Source of the DNA: Felis catus
Lineage: Eukaryota
NCBI RefSeq assembly: GCF_018350175.1
Contig: NC_058368.1
Location: 198,650,001-198,714,000 of the forward strand
Direction of reading: 5' to 3'
Length of the DNA: 64,000 nucleotides
The notes beneath the pieces were generated by a model, which did not search any database, was not told where the DNA came from, and saw nothing but the letters and a program-made list of their open reading frames with translations. The first letter of the stretch is position 1, and each line of letters begins with the position of its first letter. This document shows positions 25,543 to 37,764 of the stretch, one piece after another. A program made the translations under genes and the position numbers.

Positions 25543-26063
25543 TGTAAGGGAGGGGGAAATTTCCTTCTTTTCCCCAGGGTTCTTCTAGCTGGTTTAGGAA
25601 TTAAACCGACAGACACATCAACAGTAGAAAAAAACTGAAGTTTTATTTGTGTGTGGAGGCCGAGGAATGAAACAGACCCAAAGAAATGACCAAGGCAGAC
25701 AGTTTTATAAATTTTAGACAAAGAGACAAATTTGTGAGGAATTGACAGAATGAAGAAAACAGGTGTCTGGGAGCTTTAATTAGTAAGGTATTTGGAGCAG
25801 GATTTAGGCTGAGGTAATTAGGAAAAAAGATTTGTTTCTAGAGCTTTCTTGACTAAAGTCCCTATCTCTGGTGATAAGGGTATCTTTTTACTTCTTGATA
25901 CAGGGAGGGTGTTTTTCATATGGGAGATTGGTTTCCTGCTTTCAGGGGAATGGGGGTGGGGGGGTGGTCTGAGTGTTCTTGTATTCGTTTCCTAAGTAAC
26001 TTCAATTCAAACTAAACATGCCATTGTGGTACATCTTGGGGTGGCCTGTCCTGGGCCCCTACA
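25543..26063 (-). mobile_element. ERV1-class solo LTR
   Basis: tgtaaggg...cccctaca terminal inverted ends (TG..CA); near-match 4-bp TSD gtac/ctac; AATAAA on the minus strand near 25645. Confidence 0.7.
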
Positions 26064-27725
26064 CTACTCTGTGCCAAGCACCAGGCTAGGAACTGGGGAT
26101 CAGAAATATTTTGTAAGGATCCTTTATGCAAAACCATCGTGAGGGTGGGATTTAGAACCATTGAACTAAAAGAAACTGTTCCTTTACTCCAAGTCCTTTA
26201 TGACTTAGGTGTTCAGATTAGCTGTAAAAGAAAAGAGACCTCCAACTACTGCTGTAATTGGTCCTCAAACTCTAGTGGTGATGGGTCCCCAGAAGTTAGG
26301 ACATTCTTTCTGGGACACCCCAAAGTGTTGAAAAACCTAAGCTTCAAATAATTGTTAAATCAGATTCCTTATATAATAGAAGCTTATGTAGACGAACTAT
26401 ATAGAAAGTACCCAAGCTTAAAACCTGAGCACATCTTGAAATGGAGACCAATCTAGTTAACTTCCCCCCTCTGTTAGTTGGCAAAGGATCTTCATTATCT
26501 GGTTTTGGGTAGTGGAACAACGTCTATTCAAGACATAGAACATCAGTGCTCCGTGGGAACAGAGTTTGACCATTGTTAGTTTAATCCACAGGAGACTTTT
26601 TTTTTAATAGAAATTTTGCGATAATCCCAGTTTTTCTGACTGTGTTCCATCACTCCAGCCTCCGTCTCCTCACTTGTTACGGATCTTGAAAGATTGCCAA
26701 AATTTAGGAAGTTCTTTTATCTTAGAAAAATACTGATAATCTTTCTGGTTGCTTAACCTTATGCAAGTACTTATGTCATTTTCAACAAACTGAACTGTTA
26801 CCTTAATTATTCAATTAACCGTAACTTTAAAATGAACCTACTTTGGTTTTCTCGCTGGCTTGGCAAAGCACCTGCTTGTATTGAGCTGAATGAGCTTGGA
26901 TTTTCATTTGGTGATACTTTAATCAGCCCCTCGTTTCCCCAGCTGGTGTTGATTACATGCTGATTATTTGGGCACCACTCTTCGTGTCCTATAGGAGTGG
27001 TGTAGACCAGCTTCGTGATCCGGCATGTCGTTTTGACCAATCCTGATTGACCCTTTTCCCATGACACAGAGCCTCTCAGTGGCTAAGCTGCTGAAGGCTT
27101 GTCCTTGGTTATATGGATTTGTCTTTACTGAAAACTTACTGAAATGTGAGCAAGTTCAGGTAGCAAAAACATAGGCGGGCTTCTAGGCAGCAAATGTATT
27201 CCTTCTAAGGAACAGCATAAGCATCTAAAAACCTGGACTTTAGAACTTTTCCTGATACTCTTTTGCAACTGAAAGGGTTTGAATATATGAACTGTCTTTT
27301 GGGGGCAGCGGGTTGTTTTTGTTGTGTTTTTGTTTTTTGTTTTTGCAAAAACTGACCTACTGAGGCAGTCTCTTCCGTAAAGATTTCCCTTAACTACTAC
27401 ATTAGTGCATCTTTTGCTTAGAGTGGTGAGGCCCTTTTATTGACTGTTGAGCATTCCAGAGTTGAACACGCTGTCACCTGCTGAGTTTGGTTTCTGAGCT
27501 CTGCCTGATGACTCAGACAGTGGCACCACCAAGGCCATAGCTTCTCAGCACTAGCCTGCGTTTTGGTGATAGTGTTGAGTAGCGTTTGTTTTGTCCCAGT
27601 ATGGAGAAATTCAGAGAATTATAAGTTACCGTTTTTCATTTATTCATCAAATAGTTGCATGGGCCAGCTTTTTGCATACGTCAAATTATAAGCCGTTAGA
27701 GTACACTTAAATAAAACCTACCTGT

Positions 27726-27846
27726 GGAGCACCTGGGTGGCTGTTGATCAAATGTCCGACTTCAACTCAGGTCATGATCTTGAGGTTTGTGAGTTTGACC
27801 CGTGTCGGGCTGTGCTCTCAGAGCAGAGACTGCTGCTTCGTATCCT

Positions 27847-27886
<40 letters not shown>

Positions 27887-27910
27887 CTCCCACTCCCCAA
27901 AATAAACAAA
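27726..27910 (+). mobile_element. Degenerate Can-SINE
   Basis: ggagcacctgggtggct..tccgacttcaactcaggtcatgatct, (CT)n, TSD core aaaaccta. Confidence 0.85.
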
Positions 27911-27987
27911 AAAACCTATGTAGAAGTTACCCTCTGCTTCGGTGGTTGTCAACATTGGTTCTTGGGATAGCATGGGTAGTTTTAAAA

Positions 27988-28152
27988 TTTTCCGGGGGAG
28001 GGGCAGAGAGAGAGGGAGACACAGAATCGGAAACAGGCTCCAGGCTCTGAGCCATCAGCCCAGGGCCCGACGCGGGGCTCGAACTCACGGACCGCGAGAT
28101 CGTGACCTGGCTGAAGTTGGACGCTTAACCGACTGCGCCACCCAGGCGCCCC
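27988..28152 (-). mobile_element. Young SINEC_Fc lacking about 40 nt of its 3' end
   Basis: Near-consensus head and body; flanking direct repeat agcatgggtagttttaaaa at 27969-27987 and 28153-28171. Confidence 0.95.
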
Positions 28153-28185
28153 AGCATGGGTAGTTTTAAAAAAGGCTAGTGGTTA

Positions 28186-28390
28186 GGGACGCCTGAGTGA
28201 CTCGGTTAAGGTTCCAACTTTGGCTCAGGTCACAATCTCATTTGAGCCCTGCATCAGGCTCTGTGCTGACAGCTCAGAGCCTGGAGCCTGCTTCAGATTC
28301 TGTGTCTCCCTCTCTCTGTTTCTTTTCCTCCTCTGCTTGTGTTCGCGTGCTCTCTCTTTCTCTGAAATAAATAAACATTAAAAAAAAAAA
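28186..28390 (+). mobile_element. Can-SINE
   Basis: gggacgcctgagtgactcggttaag...aaataaataaacattaaaa; degenerate TSD aaaaaggct....gtta. Confidence 0.9.
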
Positions 28391-28457
28391 AGGCTGCTTG
28401 TTAGATTTATCCTCAGAGATTCTGATGTAATAGATTTGTGGTATGGTCGTGGCATTG

Positions 28458-28650
28458 TTTTTGTTTTTTTCTTTTTGAAGTTTGTTGACTCATTTTGAGA
28501 GAGAGAGAGAAACGGAGGGAGGGAGAGAGAATCCCAAACAGGCTCTGTGGTGTTAGCACAGAGCCCAGTGTGGGGCTTGAACCCATGAAACCGTGAGATC
28601 GTGACCTGAGCCGACATCGGACCCTTAACTGACTGAGCCACCAGGTGCCC
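28458..28650 (-). mobile_element. Can-SINE
   Basis: Head ...ttaactgactgagccaccaggtgccc; TSD core tggcattg on both sides. Confidence 0.9.
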
Positions 28651-29679
28651 TGGCATTGGGGTTTTTAAATGTTCTCCTCTGTGATTCCAATGTGCAGACA
28701 AAGTAGAAGACCATTGCTTTACAGTTAATTACACTCTTAATTGGGACACTCTGGGTTTACCTTATGCTACAGATGTTCTTAAATAGGAAAGCATGGTGGG
28801 CCCTGAGGAACTTAAGATAAACATCTACTTGTTGGAGTCCTGTCCCTGGAGATTCTGAATCCGTAGGTCTGAAGTATTTAGGAAAAGCTCCTAAGTAAGC
28901 ATGCAGATAAGAGGTCGCAGGAGCTCGGGCAGCACAGGTTAACAGAGGTCTGAGGTATTGAGGAACGGCTCCTAAGTAAGGGTGCAGAGAGGGTGCCATA
29001 GGAAATCTGACAGTTTAGCAGAGGTCTCGGTTTGGTTTTGCCACCCCTGAGCGCTACAGGGAAAACATCACATCAGACTTCTCGGTGTTGACCAGCATTA
29101 ATATTCATTTTTAAAAAGTCTGGCTTTCCTTAGTTTATGCATGTGGGAAAGCATCCTTAGCAAAGAATGAGATAATTAAATCAAAATACTTAGATGTCTG
29201 CCAGAAACGTATAGATGTTTATCTTCTTTGCTTCAGTTCAGAACATGCTGGAGTTTTTTTGGCCACCTTGGAACTTCTGAAGTATGCGTTTTATCATAAA
29301 AAGTGTGAGGCCGTAATTAAATCCTACCTCATTGTTTGCTTTTCTTCTCTTCTTGCCTGAATTGGGAAGGGGTTTTAAATGAATCACTTCCTAGGCCTCT
29401 GTGAAAATTGGCAGTGTTAGGTTTATTTTAACTTTTACGAGCCATGCTTAATTTGGGGAAAAAAGTGATTTAATTTAATAAAGCATTTGATTGAAAGTCT
29501 GTCTGAAGTTAGATGACTAAGTATATAAAACGAACTTTGTCACTGTTGAGAGGTAGATCGTGGGTTGTATAATTTCAGAGTGAACCGTTTCAGCTGGACT
29601 AAAGTGGTGGCCCCAATGACCTTTTCTGTGTCCATTTGTAATTCTAGAGCTCTCCACAGCCAACATGGCACTCTCTCCA

Positions 29680-30900
29680 GTACCTCTGGACTCTATTTTG
29701 TCTCCAGTGGTCCTTCCATCACAGTAGCCAGCAGTTTGAGATCTCTTGGGGTCCTTCCCTACTACCCATGTCCTTACACTTGCCCTCTTTACACTGTAGT
29801 TCTCTCCTCAAGACCCCCAGGGTTGTAGTCCCTCTTCTAAGTGACCTTCGTGTCTCCTCCTCAGAAGTTCTTGGACTTTGATCTTTTCAATTCAGAGGCA
29901 GCAAAATCAAGATTCACTTCTCTCCATCAAATTGTTCCTCCTCCTTTTGATGATTTGGAATATCTGGTCTCTTCCCTGTTGTCCAATTTTATCAGCCCCA
30001 TCCACATACCTTTTTCTACCCTGATCAGCTTGTACCCGGTCTATGGCCATCGAGTGTGTCCCCCAGAGATCCAGTCCTTAGTCCCTGCCACTGCAACCCC
30101 GTTTCTCCTGGCATACTGCCAGAAACCTCTACAGTGCCTTTGGCGGGCTTTCGTACACATTCATTTGCAAGCTCTCCAGGGGCCTCTGTTGCTCCTTGGC
30201 AATTCTCTTTACTCCTTAGACTAGGGCTCTCTTACTTGTCCCCAACAACAGTTAAAGATCTTTTCTTATCTGTGAGCTCCAACCACATGCCTTCCTTCTT
30301 TACGCTCAGGAAGTCGCCTTACTAACTCCTTCACTGAGAAACTAGAGATAGGAACTCCGCCATGTTTCCTCTCTTCCAAAAGTGTCTCTGTACTTCTGAT
30401 CTGTCTTTTTACTGTTCCCTTCCAAGGCTGATTGGCCAACTGTGCTCTTCTGGTTCTCCCTTGAACTTTTTACCATTACCTTTTACTTGTACATCTTCTT
30501 GGGTCTTTCTTCTTCCGTGGACTCTAGTGTCTCCTATTCTAACCCCTCCCCCCCCAACCCTGCCAATTTGGTTTCCCTGCTATTGCCTATTCAAGTCACT
30601 GTCTTTTACTGACAAGATTTCCTAAATGAACAGTCCCTTGGGAGTTCTCTTGTTTCTCCTTTCACCAAGTGCAACTAGATCATGGCTTTACCACCCCAAT
30701 TCAACTAATCTTGCATATATTCACTGTTTTCAGCCCCCACCTCCTCTGCCAACTTTTCACACAGTTGATTGCTTTTGGGGGGGGCGTGGCTTCTTTTCTA
30801 ATACTTTAAATATAACTAATTCCTCAGTGTTCCATGCTTGGTCTTTTTTCCTTATGTCTTGAGATATGAATTCATCCATTCCCATGACTTGTTTCCTTTC
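29680..30900 (+). mobile_element. L2 ORF2 relic
   Basis: Long C/T-rich degenerate tract with L2-like blocks (catggctttaccacccc, ttttcacacagttgat, tcatccattcccatgac). Confidence 0.5.
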
Positions 30901-31254
30901 AGTGCTCGTTGAATTTAACATGTACCTAATGAGTACCAGGCACTAAGGATTTAGAGATGAGCATGATAAACTAATTGCCTTCCAGGAGTTCAACAGACAT
31001 TTATAGAGTACCTAGTATGTGTCAGACCCTTTCCTAATGAGTTACCAGAAGTCCCTGGCTTCACAGAGGTTACAGAGGTTACGTGGTATTGGGAGAAACC
31101 CACAGTCAGTAAATAACTAAATGCAAGAGTATCAGTTTGCAATAAGTCTTGGATACTTATGAAGCAGTGAGGAAAGGAATGCATGAGGTGTGGGAGTCAT
31201 AGGAGACCTTCTCTACTAATAAGAAACCTGCAAAGCCAGGTAGCAATAGAGGAG

Positions 31255-31390
31255 ACAAATTATTTAATCTGTCTGTTTCCTCATCTATAAAATGGAGAAA
31301 ATAGAACACCTACCTCCACAGGGCTGTTTTGAGGATTCGAAGAGGTAATACTGTCCATGTAAAATACTTCATACAGTGTCTGCCCTGTCT
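31255..31390 (+). mobile_element. MIR fragment
   Basis: MIR core tctgtttcctcatctataaaatggag..aatagaacacctacctc..agggctgttttgaggatt. Confidence 0.75.
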
Positions 31391-33289
31391 CCCTTCCTCC
31401 CCACCCCTACTTTATCAGATCTTTCACTTGGCAAACTCAACAGGGTCAATGAGCATCTGGTAAACAATTAATAGAAAAGATGTACTAAGAATTTGACTTC
31501 AAGAAGCTATAAGAAATGGGAGTAATTATAGGAGTTGATTTATAGGTAGAATTGGTAGCCTTTTTTTTTTTTTTTGATGTTTTCTAACAGTTTCAATGTT
31601 TTTGAAATGACACATTTAACTCTTTCTTGAAGCAGAGTCAATAATCTTAATGTCTTCGAAATCTAAAACATGAATGTGAGATTAAGCTAGAAATTGTCTT
31701 TTTTTTTTTCTTAAAAAGGGAGGATTGGAAGTGTTCTGGCAATTAGACCCAGTGCTTAAGGTTTCTTGAGTAGCTCCTTTTTCCTCCTACTCCAGGTTTC
31801 CACCAGCTATTTCCTGGAATTAGGGTTCATATTTTGTCTCAGGATGGAAACACTTCAAAATCAAAAATTTTTAATTTTTAAAATTTACGTTTTCACATTG
31901 CCTGTGAGATCTAAGAAAAGAAAAACTAGTTGTAGCTTGGCCGTTTTTTCTTGACCTGGGAGAGCTCTCGTTGGAGTATGATAGTTTTAATAGTTCAGAA
32001 TGTCCTGAGAGATAATCCGCCAACTAGAATCTGTCTGGACTGAGTGTCAAGGAGGGAAGATTTTGACCTGGACTTTGGGTCTAGCAAGTTATGTGGATCC
32101 AGGACCACTTCGTTGGGCTGCAGTTTGGTACCTGTGGAGTAAAGAGACCATGACCTGGGTGATCTCTGTGGGCTCCATCAGTGCTGAGAGTCTGTGATGT
32201 TTATACTAGAGCGCTGTAAGTTTTCATGACTTGTGTGTTTCTGGCAAGCATGTCGGTGATGTGGATTGTCCCAAGGCGGGTGGGCATGCCCTCTTAGATT
32301 TGTTACCAATGGACATTGCTTGAACACTGGTAATGGGAAGCTGTTGGTTACCGGTAGGACATCATCTGTAGGATTTTCAAATGAGCAAGTAAAACTTTTG
32401 AGAAATGAGGTGTGCATGTTTGTCAGGAAATGTTGGAGTAGTAGACTGGCAAAATGTGAAGTGCTGAAATCAGAGGCAACTGGGTATTTACTTTCAAGAC
32501 AAATCTTCTACCTGTTCATCTCTCTAGTTTCATTGCATTGTGGTTGTTAGAGTTCTAACAGGTTTTTAGTACACCTGCATGTCAGGAACTATGCTGGATT
32601 CTGGGTTGGATGAGGTGATTACTGTGAGCAAAGATACATAATTTCAAGATAATGTAATACATGCTAAGATAGAGACAGATACTATTTGCCCTGGTGGGGG
32701 TGCCGGTAGAGAAGGAGCCGGGCACTGAGGCCTGAAGTCCAGGACAGGCTTCCTGGAGAGGCTGCTATTGGAACAGAGGTATGAAAATGTATTCACAGTT
32801 AGCCTGCTGAAGACCACTAGAAAGCTCACTTCCCAGAGGAACATCACCAGCAAAGGCACACACAGTCTGTTGTGTGGAGGCAACTACAAGCAATTTGCTG
32901 TTACTCAGGATGAAGTACATGCAGGAAGTAGCCCGAGAAGGCCTCAGGGAGAAGCCAGGCCTGGAAGACTGTATACAACATGTAGACGAGGACAGATGCT
33001 GTGGCCAAGAACACCGATTCCGAAATTAAACCTTCTAGCATCAATTCTCGGCTTCTTTCCAAGTTCCTTTCTTTCAAAGTGCCTTTTCTGTGCCATGGTT
33101 CTTTCGTTGATGCAATGGGGACGATGACTTCTACCTCACAGTTAGTCCTAGTATTTCGATCCGTCCCTGACAATAGGCCCTATGTCTGTGGAGCTAATGT
33201 TATTACTTGGGAGCTACTGAAAGGTCTTGAGGGATGTGAAACCATTCAGTCACTTGGCATTTACTCAGATCAGTAGGTTACTGTTTGGG

Positions 33290-34000
33290 GGTTGGATTTT
33301 AGGGTAGGGCTAAGCTTCGAGTCAGGGAAACCCCTAGGGGGTACTTTCTGCAGTGTGGGTATGAGACAGGGAGGACACTGGTAGTAGGGATTGGATGGAT
33401 GGAGTCCAGAAATAATTTAAGAGGTAAAAATGATGTCAAGTGTGCTGAGATGAGAATGTTAAGCAGGATTCCCTGATTCTGGCTCGGTGACAGATGGTGG
33501 TGTGTGCCATGAACTTACATGTGGAATGCACAAAGAGGAATGTGTTTGGGGAAGGTTGGTTCTGGCCATGTTGGTTTTGGAGTATCTGTGGGATGTCAAC
33601 ATAGATGTGTGTACAGGGAACAGTTTGCAGTGAGAGTCTGAGGCTTGGAGGGAGAGGTCAGGGCTAGAGCAAGAGATGAGGGGAGTGACCACTCATAAGG
33701 TCTTGGTTAAACGTAGGAAGCAGGTGAGTTCACTGGAGGGAGTTTGTAGGTGAGCAGAGACTAAGTGGAACCTTTAGGACCAGTAACAATCGAGGATCGT
33801 GAAGATGGGAAAGGACTGACCAGTGAAATAAGAGATTGCACATAATAATGGTTTGGAAGAAATGGAGATTTGTTTTAAGAAACAAGGAGTCGCTTCAGTG
33901 TGGAAACGGGGAAGATAAGATAAAGGGTGAAAAATTTCAGGCTGCTGGGGTTGGCAATATAGAGATGGGTCATAAATGATCCTTTCTGGGAGGGTTACCG
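33290..34000 (-). mobile_element. L2 relic
   Basis: gattctggctcggtgacagatgg, ggagaggtcagggctagag, gatgggtcataaatgatcc are antisense L2-like blocks. Confidence 0.55.
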
Positions 34001-36589
34001 GTGACTCTCCATTTTTGATGGCACAGCCATGGGGTAAAAATTTGTTCCTCACCATCAACGCTCTGTCCCCATCTTATTTGACCAGTGTACCCCAGTGCTT
34101 CACAGGTCCACAGGTCCAGGAATCTTGGCCCCACCTTGTAAGCCCCATCATCTTTATCTTTTCTCCGCCACATCTATCAACCAGTGTGCTCCATTTACAG
34201 CAGTTCTTCTGCTATTGTTAGGTTTTTCTTTTATTTTACTTGATTTATGTTTGCCTCTGATTTGAGCTCTTAATTTGCATAACTGCCCAACCTGACAAAC
34301 ACGAGCCCACTGAATAGTATATTGATACTGGGCGAAGATGTTCTCTCTACATCAAAAAGGTTACAGACGTGGCCTTTCTCTCATAATCTCACATAGTCCA
34401 CATTTTTCTGATTGTGCAGAGGAATTTATGGCTTAATTTTTTTAAAAAGAAGGAAGGGACTAATGTTTCTCATAACCTGCTTGTGTTTCTAAACATTCAG
34501 CGTTGGCTTTTTTTTTTTTTTTTCTTTCCTCCCCTTCTTTGTGTTTGGGAGTTTCAAAATAGGGTTTGGCAGAGGAAATGGGACAGTGACGTTTTGTTTT
34601 CTGGTTTGAAGTTGTTGAGTTTAGCAGACTATGTTCATAGGGTGTGAATTGCAGGATGTAGTTCTGGGGTCCTCCCTACCAGCAGACCCCACATCAAGGT
34701 TATTCTGGGAAATCTTATCCAGAGCTGACTATAAAATACAGGACTGAACTTTGTCAAAAGGCTAAACAGGAAACAGATATAAATAACTACTCAGTCTTAA
34801 ATCAGTGCTACCTACTTTCTCACACATATTTTATAATATATTTTAAAAAGTCATTTCCTCTTTTAAAACAAAACCTTTTAATTTTTAGATTTCTAGGTCA
34901 CTGTGGATGGGAAACACTTCACTTTAATGTCTGTCCAATGGTACCCTCCCTTTTAGCAGGGGAAAAAATAATCATTTATTTTCCAAAATGTAAAATCCAA
35001 AATAAAGTTTTTGAGAACATGAGAACACAATTTTCATTTTAATGGTCTTTGAATGCAGATAAGGAGCCATAGAACTTTAACAAACTTAGGAGAGCAGACC
35101 ATTTGGTTTAAAACAGCATTTCTCAAACTTCATTATGCATCCCCTTTCTCAAAAGCCTTTTGAAACTTTTTTTTCATTACCCTCCCCTCCCAATGGCATT
35201 TTAACAACACACATATACCGTCTGTGTTTTTGCATTGTATGCATATCTGCTCTATACACAACAAGGCCTTTTTTTCTTTGCAAGGAAACAATTTTCCCAT
35301 TGAAAATGCATGGTTTAAACAACAGAGAAAACATGTCTAAGTGCTTCCGTCTTTTGGTTCTATCTAAACCACGTGTAAGTTGCTTGAGTACATTTATAAG
35401 ACTAATACTCTTTCATGACTCTCCTCTCCTTTTTCAGACAGATTTTTCCTAACTTCCATCCGGAAGGGCCAGAGTTTGACTAATAGATGATAGGACTAAT
35501 TTAAGGCAGATGGTTTTTTTAGGATGATGTGGGTAATCTGAGAATATAGGTGATTGTTTTAGTGTTTATCTGAACACTATTGGTTTTCAGCTATTGACTA
35601 GCTCGTATCAGACATATTCTATCTCCAAGGCACTAAGCTAGGCTTGGTAGTAAAGAGGCCCGAAGGTACTTAAGACCTCCCTGATTCCAAAAACCTTGTA
35701 TGTAACCTTGTTGGACAAAATGAACATAGCCAAGGGAAGTTATCCGAGTTTAAATAGAAAAGGTGGTTGCCAAGTGAGAATTAGGGGTAAGTGCTGTGGT
35801 TATTTAGAGAAGGGTGAGATGTTCCAGCTAGAGTGGTCCACGAAGATATTACCCAAGAAGAGAGCTGGGCTGGAAGGCTCTTGGGTGGAATCGTGATTGG
35901 GAGGATGCACAGGGTGAGCTGAAAAAGCAGGAATGCCCAAAATATGCCCACCAATTTGCATGATTATCTCCAATACCTGCAAAACTTAATTTTTTCCATG
36001 TCTTCTAAATATCTTTCGTGAAGATGGTTGCCAGTTATTCAAATGGTGCCTGATAGCTCTTTTTAGGTCCTCAGCTGGCTGTCCTACACAAAGGACTTTG
36101 TAGTCTCTCTGAATCCAAGGATTGAGGCAAGAGAATTTGAACGTTAGGCTATATTCCATGGGGAGCCTGATATTTTAGGATCCTTCTTAAGGCCATAGTA
36201 TACAAGAGTATATAGAATGACAGGAATGGGAAGGGCCTGGGAGCCAGGAGTCCAGTGAGAAAACAGTTGCCAAGTGAGAGATGGTGCATATCTAAATTAG
36301 ATAACTCTATGGATGAAGGAAAACTCAGCTGAATTTGGCAATGGGAGCAAGGATGGAGACAAGGGGGGCGGATTCAGAAAACATTAAAGAGGTTAAAATG
36401 GCCAGCTTTGTTTAAAGGAGGTGGTCTCTTCATCTCCCTAGGGATTTTTGGATAATTACCTGTTTATATCTGTCTCTGGGTTGTAAGGTCATGTCGTATT
36501 CAACATGTATAAGCAGTGTCTACCTAGCAAGGTATCTGCCTTGCACTAGAGAAAAATTTGTTGAATGGATGAGTGATCAGGACCGTATG

Positions 36590-37303
36590 TGATGAAGTTT
36601 TGGGGTGATGATGGGGGGTGGTCCCAAGCCGACGGCCAAGAAAGAATTCTTGAAGACGTCTGTGGGGGAAAAAAAGGTGATTTTATTGAAACACAGGGAC
36701 AGGACCTGTGGGCAGGAAGAGCTGCACTGGGGTCATGACAGGTAACTCATTACATACCCTCAGGTGGGGATGGGGTCAGGGATAGAGTAAGGATCTAAGG
36801 AATTTTGGAAGCAAGGTTTCCAGGACCTTGACTGGCTAGCTGTTGCTAGAGAAATGCCATTTATTACCATTTAATAAAACCTCAGTCAGAGACCCTTCAG
36901 ATGTGTATGGGGGCGGGGGCCATAAGTTTGGGATATGATTGCCAGCATGTATCTTGAGGCAGTTGAGATAAAGGAAGTAGACTTCCAGGATCCTTGAGGT
37001 TGGGATAATGTTAAGCCAAGGTTCTCTTTTGCCCCTAGCAAAATGTCATCTGAGGCAGCTGAGCTCCTAGAGGGAGGTCACTCTGTTTGTCTCAAGGACT
37101 TGTCAGTGGGCTGTAGGCAGTAAGATAATTTAATTTTTCATTTACCTTAGTTTCCCACATCACCATGGCAAGCACTTCAACCCCTTTCCTTTGTTCTTGG
37201 GCAGCCAGGAGTGTCCATGGAACATCACACAGATCCCACCTGGGGGTGGGTGGAGGGTGCTAGCTTGTGCTTTGTCCTCAGCTTGCCCCACCCTCCCTCA
37301 TCA
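36590..37303 (-). mobile_element. Carnivore ERV1 solo LTR (CarLTR1-like), about 700 bp
   Basis: tgatg...ctcatca termini; aagaaagaattcttga, gattttattg (minus-strand AATAAA), gctagcttgtgctttgtcctcagctt. The left end could be 36606 instead. Confidence 0.75.
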
Positions 37304-37464
37304 TGTATCCAAAAAATCCAAGAAAATGAAGACTGAGAAAAAAGGCTTTTGAATTTGAGTATTTGCAGATCATTAATGACCTTCAAGGAGGCCAGGTTCA
37401 GATTATAGAAAAGAACAGAACCCGGAACAAGGGGAAGTTTATCTTCGTTTGTCTGGAGAAAACC

Positions 37465-37764
37465 CGATGAGGTGGTGGGGGTGGAGTTGGAGCCGATGGC
37501 GAAGAAAGAATTCTTGAGATGTCTTTGGTGCAAAAAAGTGATTTTATTAAATCACAGCTTTTTCTTGTAATTTACTAAGATATTTGTAAACTGATGGAGA
37601 CTCATGTCCTGGAGGACCGTGATCTCTCTCCGTCAACCATTTGTTTTCTTTCCTTTGTTTTTGGGCAGTCAGGGCTACCTGAGGAATACCACACACATCC
37701 TACCTGGGGTGGGGGGTATGCTAGCTTGGGCTTGGTCCTCAGCTTACCTTATGGTTCCTCATCG
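37465..37764 (-). mobile_element. Related ERV1 solo LTR, internally deleted (300 bp)
   Basis: Perfect 8-bp terminal inverted repeat cgatgagg/cctcatcg; both ends are homologous to the LTR at 36590-37303. Confidence 0.75.

Larger units (their letters stand above)
27940..28716 (+). mobile_element. MER5-like hAT MITE split by three SINEs
   Basis: Fragments cggtggttgtcaacattgg / cctcagagattctgatgtaatag / ggcattggggtttttaaatgttctcctctgtgattccaatgtgcag..gaccattg join into one MER5A/B-like element. Confidence 0.7.

Noticed and set aside
29565..30862. Run of same-strand ORFs suggesting a pseudogene
   Set aside because: Pyrimidine-rich decayed L2 sequence, which is naturally poor in stop codons.
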